A model generated the notes under the pieces. That model did not search any database and had not been told where the DNA came from. It saw nothing but the letters and a program-made list of their open reading frames with translations. A DNA stretch of 54,447 nucleotides, filler included, from Thelocarpon superellum (Eukaryota), in assembly GCA_026025795.1 (NCBI GenBank). It is 2 parts of 2 records of this genome, joined end to end, with 100 filler letters (N's around TTAATTAATTAA, not from the genome) between each part and the next. Parts side by side here need not be neighbours in the genome. Positions count along the whole stretch, not along the records: positions 27,307 to 54,447 come from JAPEUG010000250.1; 1 more part is not named here. One strand, 5' to 3'. The position numbers were made by a program, and so were the translations under genes. Position 1 is the stretch's first letter; every line of letters starts with the position of its first letter. Positions 36,028 through 47,495 of the stretch are shown here, one piece after another.

Positions 36028-37120
36028 GTCGCGTGGGAGGGAGCGGCGGCGTCAGCGGCGGCGGCAGCGGGAGCGATGACAATGGCGATGACGACAGACG
36101 ACGAACGCCTCCGATGCGGTCGTGGGTCACACGATGATCGGTCGACAATTGCGAGCAAGGGCTAGGTTGGTGAGATGACAGACGAAGGACGTTGAAGAGG
36201 GTGCGAGCGAGGGCAGGCGGAAAGAGATGGCCGTGGAAGGACCTAGAGTTCGACGCTAGAGTGTATTTCACCTGGATTGTCACAGAGCGTCATGGTGGAG
36301 AGGGGCCGGGTCGATGCCGGTGGATGGGCGGCAAATCACGAGTAACATACTCAAAGCTCTTGTCAGTCCGTCGCGGGGCCACTCGATCGGCTGAGGGGCC
36401 GGGATCTGCCTGGTTGGGCGGATGCAGTGGCGTCTACTCCCGTGTACAAGTCTAGTCATACGGTGCGCTCCTACGCAATAGCGACGCCAACAGGCCTGCC
36501 TCCGAGCATTTGGGAAGGGAGGGCTTTGTGCGTTGGCCCCTCTCCGCACAGATTGAGATCCTGCCCGAGTAGACTACTGGCATACGTTAGGAGACCGATT
36601 GCATGCTTCGAACGTTACTGAGGACTCTGTTTGGTGCGACAGATAGAGCAGCAAGCCGATGACTCCCAGGATCATTATTAATCCACACAAACGCCGCGGG
36701 TGCCAGGCATTTTGTCGTGCCGCTTTATCGATATCCCCGTCGGCTGACATGCCTTTGCCTCTGGCGACGAGGCCCCAGGTTTCGATTTCTCAGCCTGGCC
36801 AGATCTAGGGCGACCTCTCGGCAGCAGGGTGCACGGCGGGCGAAAGTCCGACCGCCGTCGCATGAGCCCGCATGAGCCTCCCATGTGCACACCGACCGGC
36901 CCCCACCGCCTCTTCCACGACCTATCGGAAATCCTTACCGGATCAAGTCGACCTCCCTCCGCAACCGTGATCATCTCCCACGTGATCGCGAACGTGGATG
37001 TTGCCACTGGAATTTGTATCCACCACTAGACGTCGTACCTGTGGAGCTCCCGTATTTGCGTTCCAGGACCCTTGGGACCTGCAGTAGTGTTGTCCCACGC
37101 GTCTCGTTGCTCTGATCATC

Positions 37121-38136
37121 ATGGCGACGGATGTGGCCAGCCTCGAGAATGATCTCCGGGAGTACAAGCTACAGGTGAGTCATGTGGCTCACGTTCCCCG
37201 CGTTCATGCATGGCTCACGTCTCCTGTAGCTCGAAACGGTAGATTCGGGTCTTCAGGCCGACCCGGACAATCAAGATCTCCAGAGCCTCAAAATCGAAGT
37301 CGAAGAAGTCATTGCCCTCACCGAAGCGACGATTGCAGAACTAAAGCCCGCCTCAGCTCCGTCAACGTCCAAGAAGCCGTCATCCCCTCCGCCGACCAAG
37401 GAGAAATGGTCGCGCGAGAATCACCCGGCCTTCCAGGCCGGCTACCGCAGATCCGACGCGCCGCCGAGTCCCGTGGACGAGGGTCAGAGCCCACATGTCT
37501 TTGCGGTCAATGACACCGTCCTAGCCAAGTGGGTATCCGGCGATCACTCATTCTACCCAGCCAGGATCACATCTATCACAGGCTCGTCGACCTCGCCCGT
37601 GTATATCGTCACGTTCAAGTCGTACGGCACCACGGAGACGTTGTCCTCGAAGGACATCAAACCCATCTCGAGCGAGGCTAAAAAGCGAAAGGCCGACGGC
37701 TCGCCCGCTGTGTCGGCGCCCCATCCTGCAGGCGCGCCTGTCCAGAACAACGTCATTTCAGCCGCGGCCGACATCGACCCAGCCCTGGCCACCCAAGCCC
37801 GGCGCGAGCCGAGCAAGGTGAGCGACGGCCCGACCCGACCGGCCAAGGTACCTCGCAAAGTCAAAGCGAACAAAGAGCTGGAGGCGGGCAAGAATAAATG
37901 GAGGGACTTCACCACCAAGGGGAAAGTGGGCAAGGTCGCCAAGAAGGAGAGCATGTTTCGCACTCCCGAGGGAGTCAATGGACGCGGTAGGTCGAGCAGC
38001 AACGCCCTGCATCGCGATAAACCACTGACGTCCCTGGGTCGCAGTTGGCTTCACGGGGTCAGGACAGCAAATGCGCAAGGATCCATCCCGGAGCAAGCAC
38101 ATCTACCAGCAAGCACAAGAAGAGGACCAGATATGA
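37121..38136 (+). CDS. SPF30: Tudor-domain splicing factor Spf30/SMNDC1; introns 37175-37229 and about 37988-38045
   Basis: LREYKLQ|LETV..LQADPDN, Tudor VLAKWVSGDHSFYPARITSITG..VTFKSYG, KNKWRDF, SMFRTPEGVNGR|VGFTGSG. Confidence 0.9.
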
Positions 38137-38559
38137 GATTACTCATCGTTGGAGTTTTTCATGTTGTCGCGGACGCATTGAACGACAGCGCCCATCCCTC
38201 CCCTTGTCTCCTTCCTCCCGCCGTCTCTACCCTCCTCTTCTCCCTTCTCTTCCCCTTTCCCCCCGACCCCTTCTTTCTCCGTCCATGACGTCTCTGGCAT
38301 CAGCTAAGAGATGAGTTTTCAACACAGGGACTCGACTCTCGTGTACTGTGACCTCTGCCCGGCCCCATCCCGTCCAGTCCCAATCTCGTGGCGGGAGCTA
38401 CTTGCGTGCGTACGTGGATACAGCGCAGGGCACATTGTAAAAACGAGAGCATTGCTAGCTAGCTAGCTCAGACGAGTGGAATCCAGACGAAGTGTCATTC
38501 TGATCGTATTGGCCCTCAACTCTATTCTCATTCTGATAAGGAACTGCCACCACTACCAC

Positions 38560-41134
38560 TTAATGACGGTCCTCGCCGTCTACGACGTAGCCAGGACTCG
38601 AACCAAGGGTAGAATCCGACTCGACACTGATGCCTCGAGCCAGGGGAGTTGCACGGGTCGGTAGGATACGAGCCGTCGCACGCGGGGCTTGGTGGCGCAG
38701 GCGCGCTACGGGCGGTGTGTTGGGCGTGCGCGCTGCTGTTGAGTAGGGAGAGGATGGCGGTTGTGACTGCGGCTGTGGCTGTGGAGACTGTGTGGGAAGA
38801 GATGACGGCGAGGGCGACGGGGAGGGGAATGGTGAGAGGGGGGGGCGCGTGTGGTTGGGCCGTGGGCCTTTCCGTGCGTTGGGATACCGAGAGGCCGTGG
38901 GTTCGTTTGGCTTCGTAGTGCTAGAGGTGGGAAGTGCTGGCGTGGAGGTGGAGGGAGACGAGGGATTGGTTGGGCTGCGAGTCCTGCGCTTTCTACGGCG
39001 TTGGTGACGATGGGCTGGCTGCGAGGACGTGGAGACAGGAACGGGGGGCGAGGACGTGTGGTGGGATCTGAGCGCGATTCGCTCATGGGCTAATCGCGGG
39101 CTTGAAGGGAGGACGTCGGCGTCGTCGATGAAGTCACCTTCGCCTTCGCCTCCATCTTCAGCCTCGACATATCCGCCCTCCTCGTATGTATATGCCCCTC
39201 GCTCGCGCCGTCTCATCGGACTGTCGTCGTAAGGATCAAAGCCCAGTCGCTGCCGGGCCTCCCATCTCTTCCGTCGACGTTCGTCGCCGTCGTTGCCGGC
39301 GCCCGTGGTGCTGGATTCGCTGAGGAAGAAATTGAGGAGCTCGTCGGTGATGGATAGGTGGGACGTTTGTTGGAATTGCTGCAGGGCCGTCAGGCGGATC
39401 AATGTCTCCAGGAGAGAAAGTGAGGTGCGGATCGGGCCGGCGTTGTTGAACGTCGCAGCAGGCGCCGATGGCTGGCCCGAAATGAACGGCATCTGAACCA
39501 TTTGGCCGTTGGATGCCGGTGGCGACGGCGATGGCGTGTTGGATGAGGCTATGTTGAGGGCGGAGAAGGCACTGGTCATGTTCGGGTCCAGACTCCCTTC
39601 GCGTGACGGTCTCGACGCTCGAGACGTCGGTTTGCTGTCCGTGTCTGACAGCGGTTCGTCCTCGGAGTCTGGCTCTTGCTGCTCGACGTACACCTCGAAC
39701 GCCATCCACTCCGGATCCAAGTTAGATTTGAGTCGCCAGGGGTCCGCGCGAGCTGGGGCAGCTTCTTCTTCGACTGGAAGAGAGGACGACCGCTCTTCGC
39801 GGGTGATTTGCGCATCGACCTCTGGCTGATCCTCATCGGGCTCAGACTCATCACTCCTTTCGGGGTCGACGGAGTCGTCGTACCATTCTTGCTCGCCATG
39901 CACTCGTTCCATCATGCGCCTGGGTGGGAGGGCGTTCACGTCCCGCTTCAGGAGCAGCACGGGATTCTTCATCTCGCCCTCGCTGCCGATGCTCAAGATC
40001 TTCCCTGTATCGGCGTAGAAAATCTTGGAGATCTCGTGAATTGGGATGACTTCACGGATACCAGCACGGGCCACGTCGTCAAACTCGGCCGGTTCTGGCT
40101 CATCGTCGTCGAGAGAATGGACTCGGTCATCATCGAGGTCCTCAATCATCAGGATCTGGTAGGCAAATTCGTCACTTCGACCTTCCCCTGCGAGCATGGC
40201 CGAGGTCCGGGAAGGGTCGTCGGTGGCCGCGTCCCGCGCGCCGTCCGCCGGTTCTTCGCCGGCCTCGGATCGTGCAGACGGCAGATGGTAGGCCTTTTCG
40301 ATCGGAACCCGACAGAGCTTGACGCGTGCCTTGTGGACGACCTCTTGCCAGGTGGTTTCCTTGACCGTTCCATCCTGCTCGCGCGGACGCGTCGCATGGC
40401 CGCGGAACAGCATGTACAGGGAGAGGGTGAAGGTGGGGCCAATCTGGCAGGCCTGGCTGGTCTGCATGGCATATTGCGTGTCACCCGCGGTCAGAAAGGT
40501 GCTCGCCTGCAGCAGTCGGGAGGGCGAAATGGTCGAAGGGAGGCTAGTGGACAGACGGGCGCCCGACGTGGTGATGGCCAGGTTGATGAGGGGCACGGCA
40601 TCTTCGATGCGGTTCAGGAGCTTGCGGATCTCCCGCACGATGAGCTTGCGCTCGGCCTCATGTTCGGCCCCCGTCTTGGTCTTGGCCCCTCCTCGGCGAC
40701 TGTGCTCCTCGGCGTTGGCGGCGTTGGCTAATCGCAGGCCCAGACACTGAATGTCCCAGCGGAGGGCTTTGGTCAGGGACACGGCCGACTCGAGCGAGGA
40801 ATTGCCCCGGGCGGCGATCAACTCGATCATATCAATGGCGGGAGAAATGATGCGTATCTTGCTCTCCAGCCGCGTCTGCAGGTCGGAGAGCTCCTCATGC
40901 TCATCACCGTGCACATTCTGAGACTCGTCAGTCATCAGCGCGCCCGCAGCGGGATCGACGGACCTACCTGTAGGAGCCGAGAGCATTGGCGAATGGCGTA
41001 GGCGCTGGTGATGGAGATGCCGGAGCGGATTGCGTAGTTCATGGCCTGCTGGGTCACCTATTCCCGTTGACGATGAGCATCGCGGTGTTTGGCGCCGGGC
41101 TTGGAGCACTCACTCGGCCCAGCAGGAGATCCAT
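38560..41134 (-). CDS. YRB30: RanGTP-binding protein, Yrb30 family; introns 41058-41113 and 40918-40967
   Basis: MDLLLGR|VTQQAMNYAIRSGISITSAYAI, KIRIISPAIDMIELIAARGNSSLES, AVPLINLAITTSG, ISPSRLLQAS, SLSLLETLIRLTALQQFQQ. Confidence 0.9.
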
Positions 41135-42817
41135 GGCTAACGCTCTCTAGACTCGACCAAGGACAATCAGTCTCGTCGGTCGAGCAGGCCTGGATGAAGA
41201 GGGAGGGTTGCTTCATCGTCTTGAGACAGCTGTCTAAGCTTGCAGCCGTCGTGTCGTGCTTGCAGCGGAGCATGCGAGAGGCTTGTCGCCAGACACGTCG
41301 ACATGCGTAAACACGGCCATTATTATTGGAACGTTCATCATACTGTGGAGTAGTACTCCGTCAGCCGTCAGAGTACGAGCACTCTGTAGCTTAGAAGAAG
41401 CCCCACCGAGATCCTCATTGGACGCCTCTCCGTGCCGGGGCTCTTTGCCGGAGCGCCTACGCCAACACCGCTTGTCGCCCACAACCCATCGTCCCAAAGT
41501 TTGGCCTTCCCTAATCTTGCATCATCTGGTTCCTCTTCCCGGCCGACATGGGTACTCCGCAGCAGTACGTTCCGGGCTCCGCTTCTCTCTACCTTGGCGG
41601 TACCATGCTTAAAGATCGTTCGAAAGCTGCAGAGCCGGCTTTCTCGTTCATTACGTCGGAGGCAAGGTAAATGTTCACAACTGCAATTCTGACCGAACTA
41701 TTCCCTCGTACCAGATCCCCGTGGAAGGATCTCGAGTGATCGTGTACGCGACCGGACTTCCAAAGAGAATTTCTAAAAATCACGATGGTAAAAGCACCGC
41801 CTGAAAACCGCGAAGATCCCAGCCGGTCGAAACCATTAATTATGACCAATACAATGGTTTACGAATTGTTTCACCCACCGCCATGGAAGGCTGGTGAGGA
41901 TTTCCAGCCGGTCGAACATCGCACAGAAGTGACCCAGGCAATCTTTTCGAGTTGCTACCTGCAAATGGCCGCGAAACGATGCACCAGTACCACTAGGCCA
42001 TCCAAGCTGAAGTTAGCAGGTCGATGAGTAGTAAGTATAGCATCCGAGCCATGTGTCGTTCTGACGACCTGGGAGTTGGCCCTGATGGTGAATGGGATGA
42101 AATGGTGTTGACGTTGGTAGGAGACCCGCCGGTACGAGAACGAGACGAAGGACGACGCTCGCGCTACGATATGAGTAACATACACACGCGGGCCCCACCA
42201 TGACTCAAGCCTGACCTAAGGCTTGAGACTCGGTAGTTGGGTTAAGCGGCCCGGGATTGGTGCGTCATTCAGGACCAGGCCCGGCGGTTGCCGGTGGCCG
42301 GTGGCACGATGCACGGCGAAGGGTAGCATCGCCTACTAGTCGATAGGCGTAGTTCCAGTCTAGCAGATGCCAAATGGCGGCGAAGCCCTGCCGAAAAGAA
42401 TCCGCGGACGACGACGACGGGCGACGGACGACGATCGAGCCGGTCGATATACGTTGCATGCACCTACTGCTCCTCTTGCACCCGCCCTCGCACTTGCAGA
42501 GATTGGCTCCCTGCGCTCTCCTTGTATCTCTCTCTCCGCTGCGGCAACGCTTCCGGCGGCTCAGTGGGGTGTGGAGTGAACTTGCAGCGGCACGCGTGTT
42601 CGGCCTCGGGGTGTCCACCTCGCTCTCTCCAGAGTCACGTTTTCCCTCTGTCGTTTGACGACCCACTGCACCCCACATCCAGCATCGGGAGACCATCTGT
42701 GGTGGCGCACATCCCCGCTCACAGCCTTCAAGTGCGCCGCGCGCGGACAGTTTCCGCTTCGCCGCCCCGGAGTGCAGGATCTCTCGTCCTCGGTCCCCGC
42801 CATCGCCATCCGTCAGC

Positions 42818-45231
42818 ATGTCGGACCTCAACTCCTGGGAAGATGATCCGGCGGCGCAAGACGAGAGCCTCTCGCGCCAAGCCCAGCAGAACTTGAGCCT
42901 CAACCAGGGTCCGCAAAACATGCCCAATGGCTTCCGGCCCAACGTCACCTCCTTCCAGCCCGGCGCCCAGTCGTTTCAGCCCAACCCGCAGTACCAGCAG
43001 TATGGTGCCTACGACCAGTCACCGGCACAGCCACAAGCACAGTCGCAGTACGGCGCCTACTACAACCAGCAAGCCGGCTTCGGCGGGGCAGGCTACCCGC
43101 AATATGGTCAATACAATCAAGCATACTCGGGCCCCTATGGCCCGGGTGCACAGGCCGGCGCCTACGGTCAATCACAGTACCCAGCATACCACCAAGGGCA
43201 GCAGGCCGCCCCCGCTCCCGGCTCGGTCCCGGCACCACAGCAACCCTTCCAACCCCGTCAGGCACCAAGCCTCGTCAATCGACCATCCGCTGGCGCCGCG
43301 GGATCGGGTGCGTCGGCGACGGCGGCGGCCACAGGAAATAGCACCACGGCCTCATCGTCCAAGCCGTCGGTGAAGAATGAGGGTGGCGCGAAGGTGTGGA
43401 GCATCGGTGGTGACGCCGCTCCGCCCAAAGCCAAGGTTCTGTCCATCGGCACGACCACGCCCGCGAAGCCGGCCGCGACGGAGGAGAGCAAAGAGATGAC
43501 GGTGCCGGGAGGGGGCGCCAAAGCTGCGGCGGCCAAGGCGATTGAGAAGACGGAGAAGCCGACGGACAAGACGGCGGGTGCGAGCGGGGGCAACAAGACC
43601 ACGGCCTCCTCGGGCACGTCAAGCCCGTCGCAAGCCGAGGCCAAGGCCGCGGTGCGCCAGGCCGACGCCGTGGCCAAGGAGCAGGCGGCCGACGTGGACA
43701 TGGAGACGCTGGAGGAGGTGTATGGCAAAGAGCACGTCAATCTGATCTTCATCGGCCATGTCGACGCGGGCAAATCCACCTTGGGCGGCAGCATCCTGTA
43801 CGCCACGGGCATGGTGGACGAGCGAACGATGGACAAGTACAAGAAGGAGGCCAAGGAGGCCGGGCGTGAGACGTGGTATCTGTCCTGGGCCCTGGATCTG
43901 ACCAAAGAGGAGCGGGCCAAGGGCAAGACGGTCGAGGTGGGTCGCGGCTTCTTCGAGACGGAGAAGCGACGCTACACCATCCTCGACGCCCCGGGCCACA
44001 AGACCTTTGTGCCCAACATGATCGGTGGCGCGTCCCAGGCCGATGTCGGCATCTTGGTCATCAGCGCGCGGAAGGGCGAGTACGAGACGGGCTTCGAAAA
44101 GGGCGGGCAGACGCGCGAGCACGCCATGCTGGCCAAGACACAGGGCGTCAACAAACTGGTCGTCGTCGTCAACAAGATGGATGACCCCACGGTGGAGTGG
44201 AGCAAGGAGCGCTTCGACGAGTGCACGTCCAAGCTCAAGGTCTTTCTCAAGGGCACGGGATATGATCCCAAGACCGGTGAGGATCTTGAACTGACTCACC
44301 AAGTGACCTGGCAGCTCAGCTAATGTGCCCCTGGCTAGACTTGACATTCATGCCCATCTCGGCTCAGACGACGGTGGGAATCAAAGACCGGGTGCCCCAG
44401 CATCTGGCGCCATGGCATGACGGGCCATCACTGCTTGAATACCTCGACAACATGAAGACGTTGGAGCGGAAAGTCAACGCACCATTCATGATGCCCATCA
44501 ACGGCAAGTACCGAGTACGTCTCCCATCGTTCGCTCATCGCGCTCGTCTGACGTATGATGCAGGACATGGGCACGATGATCGAGGGCAAGATCGAGTCAG
44601 GCGTGATCAAGAAAGGGTCGTCGTACGTCATGATGCCCAATCGGGAAAAGGCGGACGTGGCGGCGCTGTACGGCGAGACGGAAGAGGAGATCCCGGCGGC
44701 GACGTGCGGCGACCAAGTCCGCATCCGGCTGCGCGGCGTGGAGGAAGAAGACATCATGCCTGGCTTTGTGCTGTGCTCGCCCAAACGGCCCGTCCACTGC
44801 GTATCGGCATTCGAGGCGCAGATCCGGATCCTGGAACTCAAGAGCATCCTCTCGGCCGGCTTCAACTGCGTGCTGCACGTGCACTCGGCGATTGAAGAGG
44901 TCACGTTCGCCGCGCTGCTGCATAAACTCGAGAAGAACACGGGCCGCAAGAGCAAGAAGCCGCCCCCCTACGCCGCCAAGGGCCAGAGCATCATCGCTCG
45001 TCTGGAGGTCATCGGTGGGGCGGGCGCGGTCTGCGTCGAGCGCTTCGAGGACTACGCCCAGCTGGGGCGCTTCACGCTGCGTGATCAGGTGAGTCGAGCT
45101 TCTGTTTCTGGCCTTGGGGACCGTCCCAGGGGAATAGACCGTCCCAGTTGCTGATGCCTGCGTACGCACGACAGGGCCAGACCATTGCCATTGGGAAGAT
45201 TACCAAGTTGATCATGGACGGCACGAATTAG
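42818..45231 (+). CDS. SUP35: Eukaryotic release factor 3 GTPase; introns 44277-44338, 44515-44562, 45089-45174
   Basis: Q/Y/G-rich N domain, KEHVNLIFIGHVDAGKSTLGG, DAPGH, NKMD, GRFTLRDQ|GQTIAIGKITKL. Confidence 0.97.
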
Positions 45232-45560
45232 GGGGCTGTAGTATCATCATCTGCATGGTATATCTGCCCTACCAGTGGCTCTTCTGATCATATTTCCGTC
45301 CTTCAAAGGGTTCAATGTCTTCCACGTCGATCCCCACCATGTGGCACCGGGGAGATACAAGACGAGATGGAATGGGAGCGAAACGGGACGAATGAGCGGG
45401 AGAGGGAATGACAACCAACGCCCCATATAGAAGCGAAGACGAAGATGATGTTATGAAGATGTGAAGAGACATGCCTGCTCCTTTCCTCGTTGACTCCCGC
45501 CTCCGGCCTCCTGATTCCTGGTTCCCGAAGCCCCAGCGCCCCTTCTCATGTCCAAAACAC

Positions 45561-47003
45561 TCAGTCAGAATCGTAATCTACCAGTCCTCGCCCAGGAGCC
45601 GTGGCCGTGGCCGTGGCCGTGGCCGTGGCTATCGTCGTAGTCGTTGTCGTCTTGGGGGATTGCACAACGCGCCCGTCTCCTCCTTGACGCAGCAAGGGCC
45701 CCTTTCCGGCCGCCGGCGCGCGTATCAGTTTCGGAACAGTACTTGATCGTGTCGACGAGGATGAGGGATCCCGCCATGACTTGAGACCGTCTGGCCCACC
45801 CTCGTCATTACCACCACCGCTGCCGCCGCCGCCGCCGCTGCCGCGGTTACTGGGGAAAGCCGGGAGCAGAAACGGATCGCGGACCGCGCGCGAATTCAGT
45901 CGGATTTCCTGCGCGAGCTTGCGTCGTGCCGTCTCTTGCTTTTTCGCCTCTTTTCCTTTCGACCGGGACTGTGGCTGGGACGGTGTCGTTGTGGCGGCCC
46001 GTTTCCGAGGACTGGCCTGCTCCTCCCGCCGGCCGGGCGGCTCTGCAAAGAGGGGTCTTGCTTTGGCTTGCGCGACCGCAGTGGTGGTGTGGATTTCGTC
46101 GTCGTCATCGTCCAAGGCATTGGCAGTCTCGCCAAACTCGACCAGGCTGGCACGCAGTCGATCGTCGTCGTTCTCGGCCAGGAGATCGATGCTTAGATTC
46201 ATCCTGTCGCGTAGGGCTTCCGTGGCCTTCTCCTCCTCGGCGCGCCGTTTGCGGCCCGCGCGGAACGTCTTCCGGAGGCGCTGGCTCTGCGCGTACGGAT
46301 CGGCCCAGTCCTGGTCGACTTTGCTCCGGAGCTCCTCGACCCGACTGTGCTCCGTCTGCGCGCGGCGCTTGTCTTCCACTTTTCCCTCGAGCGCGGCAAA
46401 GGCGTCGTTGCGCCGTCGTTCGCGCTCTTCTTCCGTCGTGATGTTGATCGTGCCCTCCACCTCCTTGTCCTCACCCGTGTCACGTTTCTTGCCCCCCTCC
46501 GTCACCACGTAGGCGGTGTTCTGCGGGTCCGTCCGGATCTCGATCGTGCCCCCGCAGACGGTATGTTTCATCCGGAAGGCGTAGATCGGCGTCGAATAGT
46601 AGTTTCCCACCTTCCTCTTCTCCGCATTGAACCGCACCCCCTGCCCGATGATCGTCTCCTTGGGACAAGTGCTGCACCATACAGCAAAGGGCATCTCGAA
46701 TCGCACCGTGAGGATCCCTTGCCCGGCTTTACGCCCCCGTGCCCCCAGTGGGTGTCTGCAGTGAGGCATCAGCGGCGACCGGGATGAGGTGGCGGCCTGT
46801 CACATACTTGCCTGCCAGCTTGTTGGCTAACACGGTGCCTTCATGTTCCGGCGGGACATAGCTATGAGGGAGTCAGTGCTGGCGCTTGGTCGAGGCATGC
46901 AGCGAGTATCTTGGTCTCGTACCGTCCCATATCTATGAGAACAGCGGTCAGCGTCCCGAGCTCCCACGAGATCGGCCGTATGACACTCACTAAAGCCTTG
47001 CAT
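45561..47003 (-). CDS. CWC16/Yju2-family splicing factor (CCDC130/Saf4-like); three 5' introns including a 10-nt microexon at 46923-46932
   Basis: Spliced N-terminus MQGFNMGRYVPPEHEG..NKLAGKHPLGAR, VRFEMPFAVWCSTC, IGQGVRFNAEKRKVGNYYSTPIY, EIRTDPQN; C-terminal GLVDYDSD. Confidence 0.9.
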
Positions 47004-47316
47004 CTTGACTGGGCGAGACGCAACTGCGTCGTGGATGGCCTTGAGAAAGGAGAGGCGGGCGAAGTCTCGATTGCCCGCCGTCACGTAGTCCAAATGAACC
47101 ACCCAGCCGGCCGTCGCTGACCTACTCAACCGTGGCGTACCATGGAGCCTGTTTGCCATTCGCTACAGATCCTTGACATTTGCGGTCAAAATGGTAGGAG
47201 TGGGACCATGACTACCTGAGGTTCTCGCCCTGCAAGGATCCTCCCTGATGTCGATTGTGATTGATAATCATCGGCTTGGTACTGAGAGGTGATTATTTGT
47301 GAGGTTTCAGTATTTT

Positions 47317-47337
47317 ATTAACGAAAGTTTCGTTAAT
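47317..47337. repeat. Perfect inverted repeat ATTAACGAAA-G-TTTCGTTAAT abutting the tRNA 5' end
   Basis: The 10-nt arms are exact reverse complements; preceded by an AT-rich TATTTTATTA tract. Confidence 0.85.
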
Positions 47338-47475
47338 GGCTGGGTAGTTCAGCGGCAGAATTCTTGCTTTGGGCGATTCAAAGTCTGAAATGTAAGAGGT
47401 CCTGGGTTCAGTAAGTCTCCTATCCACCGCACTCCAAGAGCAGGTCTAATATGTTGAAGATCCCCAGCTCAGCCC
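47338..47475 (+). tRNA. tRNA-Pro(UGG) split by two introns (47374-47390 canonical; 47411-47459 spliceosomal-type)
   Basis: Acceptor GGCTGGG/CTCAGCC plus discriminator C; D stem GTTC/GAAT; anticodon stem CTTGC/GTAAG with loop TT-TGG-G^T; variable loop AGGTC; T stem CTGGG/CCCAG with loop TTCA^ATC. Joined exons 36+20+16 = 72 nt. Confidence 0.92.
47411..47459 (+). other. 49-nt U2-type spliceosomal intron within the tRNA T-loop
   Basis: GTAAGT donor, CTAAT branch (47446-47450), AAG acceptor; exact removal restores GGTTCAATCCC. Confidence 0.85.
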
Positions 47476-47480
47476 TCTGC

Positions 47481-47495
47481 TTTTTGCCTTTTTTT
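47481..47495 (+). terminator. RNA polymerase III oligo-dT terminator
   Basis: T5 and T7 runs beginning 6 nt after the tRNA 3' end. Confidence 0.8.
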
